A stretch of DNA of 64,000 nt from an uncultured Phycisphaerales bacterium. GTDB lineage: Bacteria > Planctomycetota > Phycisphaerae > Tepidisphaerales > Tepidisphaeraceae. Position numbers and translations under genes: made by a program. Shown here piece after piece: positions 10,669-21,991 of the stretch (the stretch's first letter is position 1; every line of letters begins with the position of its first letter). The notes beneath the pieces are model-generated. The model did no database searches. It worked only from the letters and a program-made list of their open reading frames with translations, and was not told the origin of the DNA. The stretch covers positions 256,001 to 320,000 of the forward strand of contig CAVWLP010000003.1 in NCBI GenBank assembly GCA_963755915.1. The letters are read 5' to 3'.

Positions 10669-12900
10669 ATGAAGTCGAAAGCTTCCCAGTTCATCGTACC
10701 ATCCAAAAAGCGTGCGGCTCTAATCTGTTCCGCCGCCGCGCTGACGGCGCTCAGCGGACGGAAGGCCTGGGCCAATCCGGGAATGACGAACCTGGCGCTC
10801 GACGCGGCTGCCGGCGGCAACGCCACCGCGACAGCCACGAACTCTGACTATGGTTCGACACCCAATCTTGCCATTGCCGGCACTACAGACGGGAATTTCG
10901 GCGATGGGACGGTATGGTATGGAAACTCTCCCAGCTCTGAAGGGACAAATACCAGTCCGTCGACAACCTATAACTACACGGTCAATCTGGGACAAAACGA
11001 CTACATCGATCGCGTTCAGTTCCTGCCCCGCACCGACGCCGATCAAAACATCTTCGGCAACTTCAGTATTTCCATCTATCAGGGCGTCGCCGGCCCCGAC
11101 AACACTGTCGTCCCCGCCGCTACCCCTTCGTTCTCCGAAGACTATAACAGCGGTTATTTCGGAGATACTTTCGCCACAGCCGACCCCGGGAACTCGGCCA
11201 ATGGTGGCTCGGCCAACGGGAGCTATGGCCAGTTTGTCCGCATTACGCGGCTCGACAACAACTATTGGATGACGTTCGCTGCAATGCAAGTCGTCGGCTC
11301 ACCGGTGCCCATGCAGGACACGATAAGCAACGACCTTGCCCTGAATAAACCGGTGACGACTTCCTCACCGGCGGGATTTGGGGGCTCTATTAGCGGCGGC
11401 AACGATGGCAATATCAGCGGCGATCTCAACGCCCCCAGCTCGCCCGACTTCTGTTCTTCGACGGCCGGCGCAGGTCAATACTGGCAGGTCGATCTCGGCG
11501 CAAACACCTCGCTCTCGACTGCCGAACTATTTTGCCGCGAGAACGTGAATGAAAACACCACGAGCCAGTTCGATGTGGAAGTGTTCAACAGCTCGATGCA
11601 AGAGGTTGACTCGGTAATCGTGAACAATAACGAGTCGGCTGGAAATTTTGATCACGAGATTAATCTGAGCGGCGTTACCGGCGAGTTCATACGCCTGGCA
11701 ACGACGCAAAATCAGTATCTTTCCTTTTCGGAGTTGGAGGTGTTCGGAACTTCCCAAACGGAGCAATGGGCCTCTACGAATTCCGGCGACTGGAACAACA
11801 TCGACAACTGGAACGGCGGTACCGTGCCCAACGCCGTGGGCGCCGAGGCCGATTTCTTCGGCGCGATCTCCTCCAATCAGACTGTCTTCACCAATGCTCC
11901 TGTCACCGTGGGAACGCTCAACTTCAACAATTCAAGCACCTACGAGATCACCGGAAATGGTTCCCTCACTCTTCAGGCGACCAGCGGCAACGCCCAGGTC
12001 ATCGTTCAGCAGGGAACGCATGTGCTGGATCTCCCGGTGACGATCGCCAGCAACACGAACTTGGACGTCGCCTCCGGTGCAACCCTCGTCGTTGCCAACC
12101 CAATCACCATCAACTCCGGCAACAGCATCGCCAGCACGGGCAGTGGAACCGTCAACTTTCAGTCCATCATCACCGTCGACAGCAACGCCTCGATCGCTTT
12201 CGGGAACTCCACCTACGCCAACAAGCTTTCCGTTGCCTCCAGCGGTACAGCCTCCATTCAGGGCTCCGGCAACGTTGTTGAAGTAGACAGTCTTTCCAAC
12301 CTCGGCACCGTCGATATCACCAAAAACGAGTTGCTCATCAACTACGCCGGTCAGGGTGATCCAATTTCTTCCATCGCCCAAGAGCTCAAGAGTGGCTACA
12401 ACAACGGCGGCTGGAACGGTACGGGAATTATTTCCTCCGCCGCTCAAACCACGCAAGGTGGCTTGCGCTACGGCGTCGGCTGGGCCGACGGCGCGGATAA
12501 CGTCGTCTCCGGCCTGTCTTCCGGAGAAATCGAAGTCAAATATACGCTCCTCGGCGACGCCAACCTTGATGGCGTCGTAAATGGATCCGACTTCAGCATA
12601 CTCGCGGCGAACTTCGGGCTCGGTCATACGAACTGGGATCAGGGCAATTTCCTCTTTTCGTCTTCGGTCAACGGCGCCGATTTCGCCGCTCTGGCGGCAA
12701 ATTTCGGGCAGGGAGACAATCTCTCCGCTGTCACGGTTTCACCCGCCGACATCGCGGCCCTCGACGCCTTCGCCGCCGCCAATGGCCTGCTGGCGGATGT
12801 GCCGGAACCGGTGACACTGGGCCCGCTGGCTTTGGGTGCCTTGGCCATATTCGCGCGCGGCGCAGTCGCGCCCGCACTCATCGTCGAAATTAAAACCTAA
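10669..12900 (+). CDS. PEP-CTERM surface protein: two discoidin/F-type-lectin-like domains, beta-rich stalk, dockerin-like repeat
   Basis: Signal peptide; NLAL.KP...WQVDLG...GEFIRL...LSFSELEVFG; GDANLDG..NGSDFSILAANFG duplicated; VPEP + TM. A probable frameshift removes the Arg tail. Confidence 0.82.
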   Translation: MKSKASQFIVPSKKRAALICSAAALTALSGRKAWANPGMTNLALDAAAGGNATATATNSDYGSTPNLAIAGTTDGNFGDGTVWYGNSPSSEGTNTSPSTTYNYTVNLGQNDYIDRVQFLPRTDADQNIFGNFSISIYQGVAGPDNTVVPAATPSFSEDYNSGYFGDTFATADPGNSANGGSANGSYGQFVRITRLDNNYWMTFAAMQVVGSPVPMQDTISNDLALNKPVTTSSPAGFGGSISGGNDGNISGDLNAPSSPDFCSSTAGAGQYWQVDLGANTSLSTAELFCRENVNENTTSQFDVEVFNSSMQEVDSVIVNNNESAGNFDHEINLSGVTGEFIRLATTQNQYLSFSELEVFGTSQTEQWASTNSGDWNNIDNWNGGTVPNAVGAEADFFGAISSNQTVFTNAPVTVGTLNFNNSSTYEITGNGSLTLQATSGNAQVIVQQGTHVLDLPVTIASNTNLDVASGATLVVANPITINSGNSIASTGSGTVNFQSIITVDSNASIAFGNSTYANKLSVASSGTASIQGSGNVVEVDSLSNLGTVDITKNELLINYAGQGDPISSIAQELKSGYNNGGWNGTGIISSAAQTTQGGLRYGVGWADGADNVVSGLSSGEIEVKYTLLGDANLDGVVNGSDFSILAANFGLGHTNWDQGNFLFSSSVNGADFAALAANFGQGDNLSAVTVSPADIAALDAFAAANGLLADVPEPVTLGPLALGALAIFARGAVAPALIVEIKT

Positions 12901-12926
12901 TACCCTTGTTATGCGGAGGAAAGAAA

Positions 12927-14104
12927 ATGAAATCGAAAGCTATACAGTTCATGTCGCAATCTAGGATCCGTGTTGCGCTTATCTGCTCTTCCAGCGCTGC
13001 GGTGGCGCTCGTCGGATCGAGTAAGGCCTGGGCCGACCCGGGGATGACGAACTTGGCGCTCGACGCCGCTGCCGGCGGGATAGCCACCGCCACGGCGACG
13101 AACTCTGATTATGGAACGACGCCTGACCTCGGCATTGACGGCGATCGAGACGGGAACTTCTACGACGGCTCGGTGTACTATGGAAACTCCCCCAACGATG
13201 AGGGGACCAACACCAGTCCATCGACAACTTATTTCTACCAGGTCAACCTGGGCCAAAACGACTACATCAACCGCATTCAGTTCCTGCCGCGCACCGACAC
13301 GACGCAGAACGTCTTTGGCAACTTCAATATTTCGATCTATCCGGCCATGTCCAACGGTCAGCCGGCGGCGACTCCTTCGTACTCCCAGAACTTTAACACC
13401 GGCTATTTCGGCCCTGAATTCGCTACCGCCCTCCCCGGGGCTCCGGCCGGCGGCGTTAATGGCCAATATGTTCGCATCACCCGCCTCGACAACAACTACT
13501 GGCTCACCTTCGCTGAAATGGAAGTGATCGGCTCATCCACGCCGGTCCAGTACAATCTGAGCAACGACATCGCCCTCGGTAAACCCGTGACGTTGGATCC
13601 GGGGGATTCGGCCGGATATGGATCAACGAATGCCTCCGGCAACGACGGCGATATCAACGGTGATTTCTACGCCCCGAACCAGGGCGTCACCAACGCGGGC
13701 GGCACCCCGTCTTTTTCTCGAATAATTACGGTACCACCAATCAAGTATACTGGCAGGTCGACCTCGGCGCGGACATCCCGCTTTCCTACGCCGAACTATT
13801 TGCCCGCATGGGTTCCAATTCGACGTCCGAATTCGAAGTAGAGGTGTACGACAGTTCAATGGACCTCGTCGATACCTCGATCGTGAGCAACAACGACGTG
13901 AATGGAACGGACCCCGGTTATGATCACGAAATCGACTTTAAAGGCGTTGTCGGCGAGTACGTGCGGGTGACACCCGGCCCCGACGCTGGCTCTTCGTACC
14001 TGTCGTTTTCGGAACTTGAGGTATTTGCCGTTCCGGAGCCATCGACGTTTGTTCTCGGTGTGGCCTGTCTCGCTGGGTTCATGCACCGCCGCCGCACTCG
14101 TTGA
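12927..14104 (+). CDS. PEP-CTERM paralog with two discoidin/F-type-lectin-like domains, frameshift near 13710
   Basis: N-terminus closely matches the 10669 gene. Joins ORF 13808-14104 ending FAVPEPSTFVLGVACLAGFMHRRRTR. Confidence 0.82.
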
Positions 14105-14143
14105 AGCATTGGGTTTGCGGCACGTACCAATAGTATCTCGGCA

Positions 14144-16569
14144 ATGAAATTTTGTTTGCTCGCTCTTTTGATTTTCGCCGCGCCGTTCCGGTGTGCGGCA
14201 CAAACGATTTCTTCAGCCCCCGAAACCCTGATCTGGTTCGACGCCCAGGCTTCTAACTTCACGGAATCCACGCCATTGGGCAACGGCCGCCTCGGGGCAA
14301 TGATGTTCGGCGGCGTGGACGAAGAGCGGATCGTCCTGAACGAGAATTCAGTGTGGTCCGGTTCACGTCAAGATGCCGACCGGCCGCAGGCCTACAAGGC
14401 CTTACCAGAAATCCAGCGGTTGTTGCTCGAGGGAAAAAATTCCCAGGCCGAAGCGCTCGTTAATGCGCAGTTCGTCTGCCAGGGACCCGGGTCCAACTCC
14501 GGCACCGGCGACAGCCAATTCGGATGCTATCAAACGCTGGGAAATCTACATCTATCATTTTCGGGCGACACCAACACACCCGTCGAAAATTATCGCCGCG
14601 AATTGAATCTCAACGATGCCGTGGGACGTGTGGAATTCAATCGGGGCGGCACAACTTTCTCCCGCGAAATGTTTGTAAGTTGGCCGGATCAGGTGATGGT
14701 TTTACACCTGACCGCCGATCGCCCTCAGGCGATTTCTTTTGACGCACGGCTCGACCGGCCGGAGCGATTCGCAACCGCCGGGGACGGTGAAAACGGTTTG
14801 CTGATGACCGGTCAATTGAATGATGGCCTGGGTGGAAAAGGCATCTCCTATGCCGCTCGAATTCGCGTTTTGGCTCGTAGTGGCCAGGTATCCGTTCATG
14901 AAAATCTGTTAAGTGTCAAGAACGCCGACGAGGTAACTTTGCTGATAGCGGCGGCAACCGACTACCAGGGCTTCGCCGGCCGTCAAACCAAAGACCCTTT
15001 GACTGCAACATCAGATGATTTGAACAAAGCTGAACAGAAAATCTTACGACTCGCTGCGCACGGCGCAGCGTGGCAGACTACCAAAAGTATTTCCAGCGCG
15101 TTTCACTGCAACTCGGTCCGGGAAATTCGGCCGCGGCAACCCAGCCCACACCGAAGAGAATTGAAGCCGCGGCCGAGAGGCCGGGCGATCCAAGTTTGGC
15201 CGCCTTGTATTTCAATTTCGGCCGCTACTTGTTGATTTCCTCGTCTCGACCAGGCGGCCTACCGGCTAATTTGCAAGGCATTTGGGCCGAGGAAACTCAT
15301 ACGCCCTGGACCGGCGACTGGCACTTGGACATGAATGTCGAAATGAACTACTGGCCGGCAGAAGTCTGCAATCTTTCGGATCTGACTGAGCCATTGTTCG
15401 CCTTGATCAACTCGTTACAAGTCCCCGGCGCTAAAACAGCCCATGACTATTACAACGCACGCGGGTGGGTCGCACATGTGATAACAAATCCGTGGGGCTA
15501 TACGTCGCCCGGGGAAGCCGCATCGTGGGGTTCTTACTGTGGAGGATCGGCCTGGTTGTGCCAGCATCTCTACGATCACTATCTCTTCACCCGCGATCGG
15601 AAATTCCTGCAATGGGCTTATCCGATTCTGAAGGGCGCCGCGCGTTTCTATAGTGACGTATTGATCGAAGAACCGACACATCACTGGCTGGTGATCGCCC
15701 CGTCCAACTCACCCGAGAACCATTTTAAAACGGCCGATGGCACCGATGTGTGTATTGCTGCCGGTCCAACTATGGTTCAGCAACAGGTGCGATATCTGTT
15801 TACGGCCTGCATAGACTCAGCTCAGACGCTTGGCATCGATGAGGAATTCCAGAAGGAACTGACGGCCAAGCGCGCACGGCTGGCCCCAACGCAAATCGGT
15901 TCCGATGGACGCATCCTGGAGTGGCTGGCTGAATATAAGGAATCGGATCCCCATCATCGTCACGTTTCGCATTTATGGGGATTGTATCCCGGCAACGAAA
16001 TCTCGCCCTACTCGACTCCGCAGCTCGCAGAAGCGGCTCGCAAATCTTTGGACGTTCGCGGCGATCTACCCAACCTTGCATCGGGCGAAGGCGGAATTGG
16101 ATGGTCGCTCGCCTGCAAGGCCGCCATGCGAGCCCGGCTCGGCGAGGGGAACAATGCTTGGAGCCTGGTGCGAATGGCACTTGAACCCGCATACGGCACA
16201 CACCACGACCCCAACTCCGGCGGAGGGGTGTATGCCAATCTGTTTGATGTCTGCCCTCCATTTCAAATTGACGGAAACTTTGGAATGACTGCGGCGATTG
16301 GTGAAATGTTGGTTCAAAGCGACAACCACGTCATTTATCTGCTGCCCGCGCTCCCAGACGCTTGGAAGCAAGGGAAAGTGACCGGATTGCGGGCGCGCGG
16401 GGGCTTTGAAGTCTCCATGACCTGGAACGACGGAAAGCTTACTTCAGCAACCGTCCGGTCTGACCAGGGTGAGCCAATCCGCATCTGTTACAAAGGCTCG
16501 GCATTGGACCCTAACCTTGCAAGCGGAGAGGGCGTTACGTTGGATGGAAATCTTACCGTGAAGCCCTGA
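14144..16569 (+). CDS. GH95 alpha-L-fucosidase/alpha-L-galactosidase, frameshifted near 15050
   Basis: PLGNGRLGAM, FGRYLLISSSR, PANLQGIW, SPEN, HRHVSHL and PPFQIDGNFG motifs. Confidence 0.92.
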
Positions 16570-16599
16570 GCTTCATTCCCGGCAATGAGACTATTCCAA

Positions 16600-17631
16600 T
16601 CAGATCCGACGCGCGCGGCGGCGAAGTAAACCGCAACCACATAGTCCCAACAGGGACAAAGCAGCGGGCTCGGGGACGGAGATGTCAGAGACTATCAATG
16701 AGCTGTAATCAATCCGCTGTGTGGCGCCACGCATGCCGAAGCCAATCCCGTCGTAGGTGAGATTGGGCGTGGACGCGGCGGTGGCCGTGGAAGTGTTCCC
16801 TTCCTCAAATGTTCCCGCCGTGCCGCTACCCGAGCCAGTGTTCAAGTACAGCGAGTTGCTGATACTCAGCGAGCCATTGGCGTTGAGTGTAATCGTCAGG
16901 TCCTGAGTGTAGGTGTCCCCGAGGACTGCGATGTAATTCGCACCCGTATTCGCACCGAGCGAGGTTTGGGCAGACGCGCTACCGACACCCCCGATGACCA
17001 GATCCTGGTTGATCTGTTGGGTCGCCCCCGTCTGGGCTGCCCGCGAAAATATATAGTTACCGTTGCCGGCCGTAGAGGAAATCTGGCCGACATATCCGGC
17101 CCAGTTCTGTACGCCTCCGTCGGCTTCCGTGCCACTGGATGACAATCCGGAATTCTGCAGATTGGTGTAGGGCACCACCGAGGGAGCTGCCGAAACATTT
17201 CCGTTCGAATTGAACAAACCAAGATCGGTATAATCGCCCGTCGTCTGCAGGACGGCGCCGCTCGTGGCTACGAACGTCAGGTCTGCCTCGATGGTAGTAA
17301 CACCGGTCAAGGATAAGGTAACGGGCGTTTGCGTGAACAGCGATTCAAACTCGGCATAACCAGAGCTACTGGTGTAGTTCAGTTCCAGATCGCCCGATGC
17401 GATGCTGGCGCTGGCGCCCTTGTTGGATGCGGCATCGTAGCTGGTGGAAGTCGAGGTGACATTGCTGCTCGTCAGCGTTTGGTTGAGCGACGAACTGCCG
17501 AAGCCATCATCAAAGATAGTGTTGGCTTGGCCGTGCGATGAAGACAACGCGACAAGGCATCCCGCCGCAACTCCCACAAAGAGGTTGCCGGCCCGTTTGT
17601 CCGTACGACTCAAAAGATCCCTCGTTCTCAT
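16600..17631 (-). CDS. PEP-CTERM protein, Ser/Thr/Gly-rich, no recognised catalytic domain
   Basis: Signal peptide after MRTRDLL; C-terminal VPEPAALSLLGLCGCGLLRRRARRI. Confidence 0.85.
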   Translation of the reverse strand: MRTRDLLSRTDKRAGNLFVGVAAGCLVALSSSHGQANTIFDDGFGSSSLNQTLTSSNVTSTSTSYDAASNKGASASIASGDLELNYTSSSGYAEFESLFTQTPVTLSLTGVTTIEADLTFVATSGAVLQTTGDYTDLGLFNSNGNVSAAPSVVPYTNLQNSGLSSSGTEADGGVQNWAGYVGQISSTAGNGNYIFSRAAQTGATQQINQDLVIGGVGSASAQTSLGANTGANYIAVLGDTYTQDLTITLNANGSLSISNSLYLNTGSGSGTAGTFEEGNTSTATAASTPNLTYDGIGFGMRGATQRIDYSSLIVSDISVPEPAALSLLGLCGCGLLRRRARRI

Positions 17632-17801
17632 TTTCTCTCCTGTAAAGATGTGTCTCAAATCAAGCGAAATGCTCGAAACTTGTTTCAATCCAGAGCCCGC
17701 CATCTCCCACCTCCGATTAAGCGTCGCATCGGTTTGCATTCACGACACAATCGGCAGGAAGGAGATGCCGACTGGTTTCCTGCTGCTTATTTCATGGCCG
17801 A

Positions 17802-17864
17802 AATATACCCCTTCAAAAACCTCGCAACAGTGCTATATCGCGAACGGATAGGCCAAATTGCGTT
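17802..17864 (-). promoter_or_regulatory. Pectin-locus tandem direct-repeat site + -10 box (copy 1)
   Basis: Minus strand: AACGCAATTTGGCCTATCCG TTCGCGATATAGCACTGTTGCG ... TATATT. Confidence 0.65.
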
Positions 17865-17974
17865 TTGGCGGCGACATTGATTTTTGGAGTTTGTGACTGG
17901 AATTCTCATCGATTCCGCGACGACCTTGCGATCAAAGTCAAATTAGACGCCGCGGCCGATACTTTTCGGGATTT

Positions 17975-20448
17975 TTAAATCGATGCCCTGCGGCGGCGGG
18001 CCGCAAGCGTCAAGAGCCCTAGGCGACCAGGCCCATCGAGGCGGGTTCGGGAACATAAGTCAACGTGAGTTCGTTGTTGGCCAGGCTGAAGGTCCAATTG
18101 TTCGCGTCGGTTGGTGACAAAGTTGGAGTCCCGGCTTCCGTGCCGTTCCAGCTCATTAGGATAAATTTGGAACCGAGCGTGAGGCTGTTGTCCTGAATGA
18201 CATCCAGCAGGGAGCCGCTGGCGAAATTGACGTTGCCAGTTATGTCGATGGTGGAAAGCCCGGTTGAATTTATCTCGGCGGTCAAAGTCGAACGGGTGTT
18301 TTCCTGGTAGTTTCCGGTGATATCGATGCTTGAGTCACCGCCAACCACCTGGAAATTTCCAGTGCCGCCGGAACTGGCGCCCGTCCAGGTGTAGCCGAGC
18401 GTTAATCCGCCCTGATCGACGATGAGGGAACCGCCGGATATTTTATAGGTTCCGGTGCCGCTTCCGCTTTGGGCAAGACGGAGCCCAAGATTGGTGAGCG
18501 CGCTTTCGCCGGAATAGGTAATGGAATCGAGGGTGACCGTTCCCGCGGTTTGATTGAAAAGCGCGGTTCCACTTTCACCGACGGCCATGCAGCCGAAATT
18601 CATAGCGGCGGTTGAGCCGGTGAGATTCCATGTGGAAACGGCGTTCGTCGCCTGGCCGAGTTCAAATTCTTCCTGTCCCGCAAACGAATTGCCGTATTGT
18701 TCGACGGTTCCACCGCTTTGGTTGCCGGTATAGGTACCGGCCGCCGCGCCGATGTAGAAGTTAATGCCCACGAACGTCCCACCGCTCATGTTGAACGTAA
18801 ATTTTCCACCGGCGCCGTTTGTGCCCAATTGGAGCCCGTAGGTGCTGTCCATCTCCGGCGAAGAAGGCGTCCCCGACATATTCACCACCGACGTCCCTGA
18901 GCCGGAATCGATCACCCGGAGATCGTCCGAATCGGTCGCCTCGATGTTAAAGGTGGCCGAATCCGCGGAGTTGGGAGCCAGAATCACAATCGGCCCCAGG
19001 CCCGTCGAACCAAGATGCAGGGAACCGGTGTGAACGGTTATCGTGCCGGATGGCCACGCGCCGTTCGAATTCGTCCACGAGGCAACGTCGAGCGATGATC
19101 CGTTTTCAATAGTCAACTGGTCGTTTTGATTTCCGCTGTCGATCCTGGGGACGCTGAGCGCTCCGCCGTTGAGAATCAGCGAGCTCCCGCCGTCGAGGTG
19201 GAGCAGGCCGGTGACATTGAGCGCACCGCCGGAGCCGATTGTCAGCGTGGACGGTGTGCCACCCGTATTGGCGCCACCGGCGGCGGGGACTCCGACATCA
19301 AGCGTATCGACGTTAGCCGTGCTGGAAAGAATGACGGCGGCACTGGTCGCCGGTTCGATATAGATTCCCTGCCCCGCGGCCGGAAGGGCGCTCGAAGACC
19401 AATCCGCTGCGGTTTCCCATGTTCCATTTCCTCCCTGCCAGACGATGGGAACGAGCGGCACTGTGGGGTTCCAGCCGCTTAACACTTTCGTCGCAGACAT
19501 AAATGGCGCCGCCTGCGTAGCGGTCAATTGATACGGCCAGATCGCGGTTGAACTCCAACTGCTCGCCGAAGTATTGATCGGGTTATCGCTGGAATTCACC
19601 AATCCATAGGTGGTGAGCCGTTCAGTTGTGTAGGTTGTTCCAGCTCCAAAGCTGCCCCATCCGGCGATGTTGTTGCTGGCCAGCGTGTCATCCACAAACG
19701 CCGACATACCGAACGCAGAATTCCATGAGCGAGCCAGTGTCGTTGAACCGGAAGAGAGTGAGTTCAGTGTATCGTTGTAGAAAACGAATCCGTAGTTGCT
19801 GCTCTGCGGGGTGCTGGGCGCGGTGAAACCCGTGCCGCCGGTTGATAGCTGAGTGATCGTGTCGTTCGTGAAGAACCCCGTCGCCGAACCGTAGATAAAA
19901 TCGACGGTGCCCTGGATCGTGCTGTTGACGATATAAAACCGGCCGGTGTTTTCCGCCTGAAGCGTGTCCTGATACGCGTTAATTGCGACGTTGTTATAGA
20001 TCTGCTTATCGCCCTGGATATACAACGTATTTTGCTGCCCGGCGCTCGGGCCGCCGGTGTTGGCGAAGGTCATGTTCTCAAAGGTGAGATCATTTCCCGC
20101 GGCGGTCATCTGAACCGCACCGGCGCCGCCAGTGATGGTCACCGCGCTTGGCGTGGCGCCCATTCCCTGAAGGGTAATGTATTGCTGGCTGGAACTGATT
20201 GTGTCGGACTCATGGTATGTCCCCGGAAAAATCTGAATGTCATAGGGCGTCAGGCTGTTAAAAGGCACGGCATTTATCGCCGCCTGAATGGTCGTGTAAT
20301 TATTGCCGCTTTGCGTCTGGGCGGGATTGACCGTAAAAACGACCTGGCTGAAGGCGGCGGATGATAGAGCGGCGATCGCGACGGCAAAAGCCGATTGGGT
20401 CAATAAGCCAGCTCGTTTCCGATCGCGACGATGGAGTTTTGGGTTCAT
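17975..20448 (-). CDS. PEP-CTERM-anchored pectin methylesterase (CE8) with beta-rich stalk
   Basis: YTTIQAAINA, AYQDTL, GTVDFIYG, LARSW; ends VPEPASMGLVA. A one-base shift restores LGLLTLAARRRRASI*. Confidence 0.85.
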
Positions 20449-20502
20449 GGAATTTCGAAAAAAGGATTCTACAAATAAAGACTCGAACTTCCGGGGTTTT
20501 AA

Positions 20503-21888
20503 TCAGACGGCGATCCGCCGACCGCGCCAGCGGGCGGCGCAAAGGCAAGTCGCGACCGCCGCAATCAAGGCGGATAACGATCCGGGTTCCGGGACGGACA
20601 CGGTGTATTGAGCGTCGTATGAACTGGCGATATTGACTTTGGAGTTCACGAAAGAGACGCCGGTGGCGAAATTAATCTCCATGCCGGTCGGGGCGGTGAC
20701 GCTGTCGTTAATGAAACTGACGTTGGAAATCGGGATGTCCGGCAATCCCCAGAGGATTCCCGCGTCGGCGCCGCTTTGATTATCGACGGACGTCAGGCCG
20801 CTGATGGTGATATTTTCCCAGGTTGGCTCCTCCGACATTCCGGCTCCGCTGGGACTGCTCGCGGGAGTTGACGGCACGTTCGGATAATAGCTTTCGATGC
20901 TGACCGGCGTAGGCACGTTGGTCATGGTCAGGTTTGAATAGGTGAGGTTTTCGACAATTCCCCCGCGCCCGACGGCTGATTTCAGGCGAATGCCATTGCT
21001 TGTGCCGTTGAAGGTGCAGTTGGTGACGGTCAGGCCGTTCAGACCGATGCCACCGGCGCCACCATCGGTGAAACTGCCGATCGAACACCCGTGCCCAGAC
21101 CCGAAGATGACGTTATTGACCGTAATATTGGAGCTCAGGGTATCGCCGCCGATCGCGATATTGTCGTCGCCGTCCGAGATGCTGCTGTTCTCGATCAGCG
21201 CATTCTGGGCGGATATGTCGATTCCATCCGTGTTAGGCGAACTTGCAGTCGTATTGATGGTGACACCGTTCACCGTAACATTGGTGCAGGCATCGATGTT
21301 AATGTGGGTATTGGGCGGGTTCTCAAGCGTAACGCCGGCGACCTCGACTTCGGCACAGTTCTGAAAAGCCACCATTTGCGGCCGCGCAAAGTTGCTCGCC
21401 TCGTAAGCGGACCACCATGGAGCTCCCTGGCCGTTGATGATGCCCGTGCCGCTGACTTCCACATTGGACAGATTGGCGCCGTTGATAAAGTTCGTGTAAG
21501 TGTTGCCGGCGTTCGCTGGATAGGTTCCGTAGGGAAGCATCTGCAGCTCGCCATTTACCTCCAGATTCACGTGGCTCGCCATCGTCAGGGGGCCGGAGAG
21601 GTAGCTTCCGGCGGCGTTATCCGTACCCGAGATGACAACGGTACCTCCGCCGGCGGCCGAAGCCGCATTAATCGCATCCTGAATGGCAGTCGTGTCGTTC
21701 ATGCTGTCGTTGCCGACGGCCCCGTAGGTCGTGACGTTGAAGGTATTGCTCGAAATCGTCGGCAACGTCGGATTCGACCTGGCGCTGGCGGTCCACAGCA
21801 TCGACACGCCCAGCGCCAGCGGAAAAGCTCCACGATGGAGCGCATTGTTCAATCGAGTTACACGACGGCAGTTTTCTCGGTTGAGCAT
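20503..21888 (-). CDS. PEP-CTERM-anchored GH28 polygalacturonase-family enzyme
   Basis: NTDGID, GDDNI, GHG and RLK motifs; signal peptide; VPEPGSLSAL...RRIAV. Confidence 0.9.
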   Translation of the reverse strand: MLNRENCRRVTRLNNALHRGAFPLALGVSMLWTASARSNPTLPTISSNTFNVTTYGAVGNDSMNDTTAIQDAINAASAAGGGTVVISGTDNAAGSYLSGPLTMASHVNLEVNGELQMLPYGTYPANAGNTYTNFINGANLSNVEVSGTGIINGQGAPWWSAYEASNFARPQMVAFQNCAEVEVAGVTLENPPNTHINIDACTNVTVNGVTINTTASSPNTDGIDISAQNALIENSSISDGDDNIAIGGDTLSSNITVNNVIFGSGHGCSIGSFTDGGAGGIGLNGLTVTNCTFNGTSNGIRLKSAVGRGGIVENLTYSNLTMTNVPTPVSIESYYPNVPSTPASSPSGAGMSEEPTWENITISGLTSVDNQSGADAGILWGLPDIPISNVSFINDSVTAPTGMEINFATGVSFVNSKVNIASSYDAQYTVSVPEPGSLSALIAAVATCLCAARWRGRRIAV

Positions 21889-21991
21889 CGTTCCTTCCTC
21901 ATCGCGATCTGATCGGTTAGCGGTGCGAGTGAAAACGGGCGGTGGGCCAAGCCGATCAACAAAATTTAGGATCGTTATTCCGCGCTCGTTC

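Noticed and set aside
12540-12720. Cellulosome
   Set aside because: Dockerin-like repeats sit on non-catalytic proteins and no cohesin or scaffoldin is in the window.
17690-17745. c-di-GMP-I riboswitch (GCAAACC...GACGC on minus strand)
   Set aside because: No room for the GAAA-tetraloop P2 stem and the downstream consensus is not matched.
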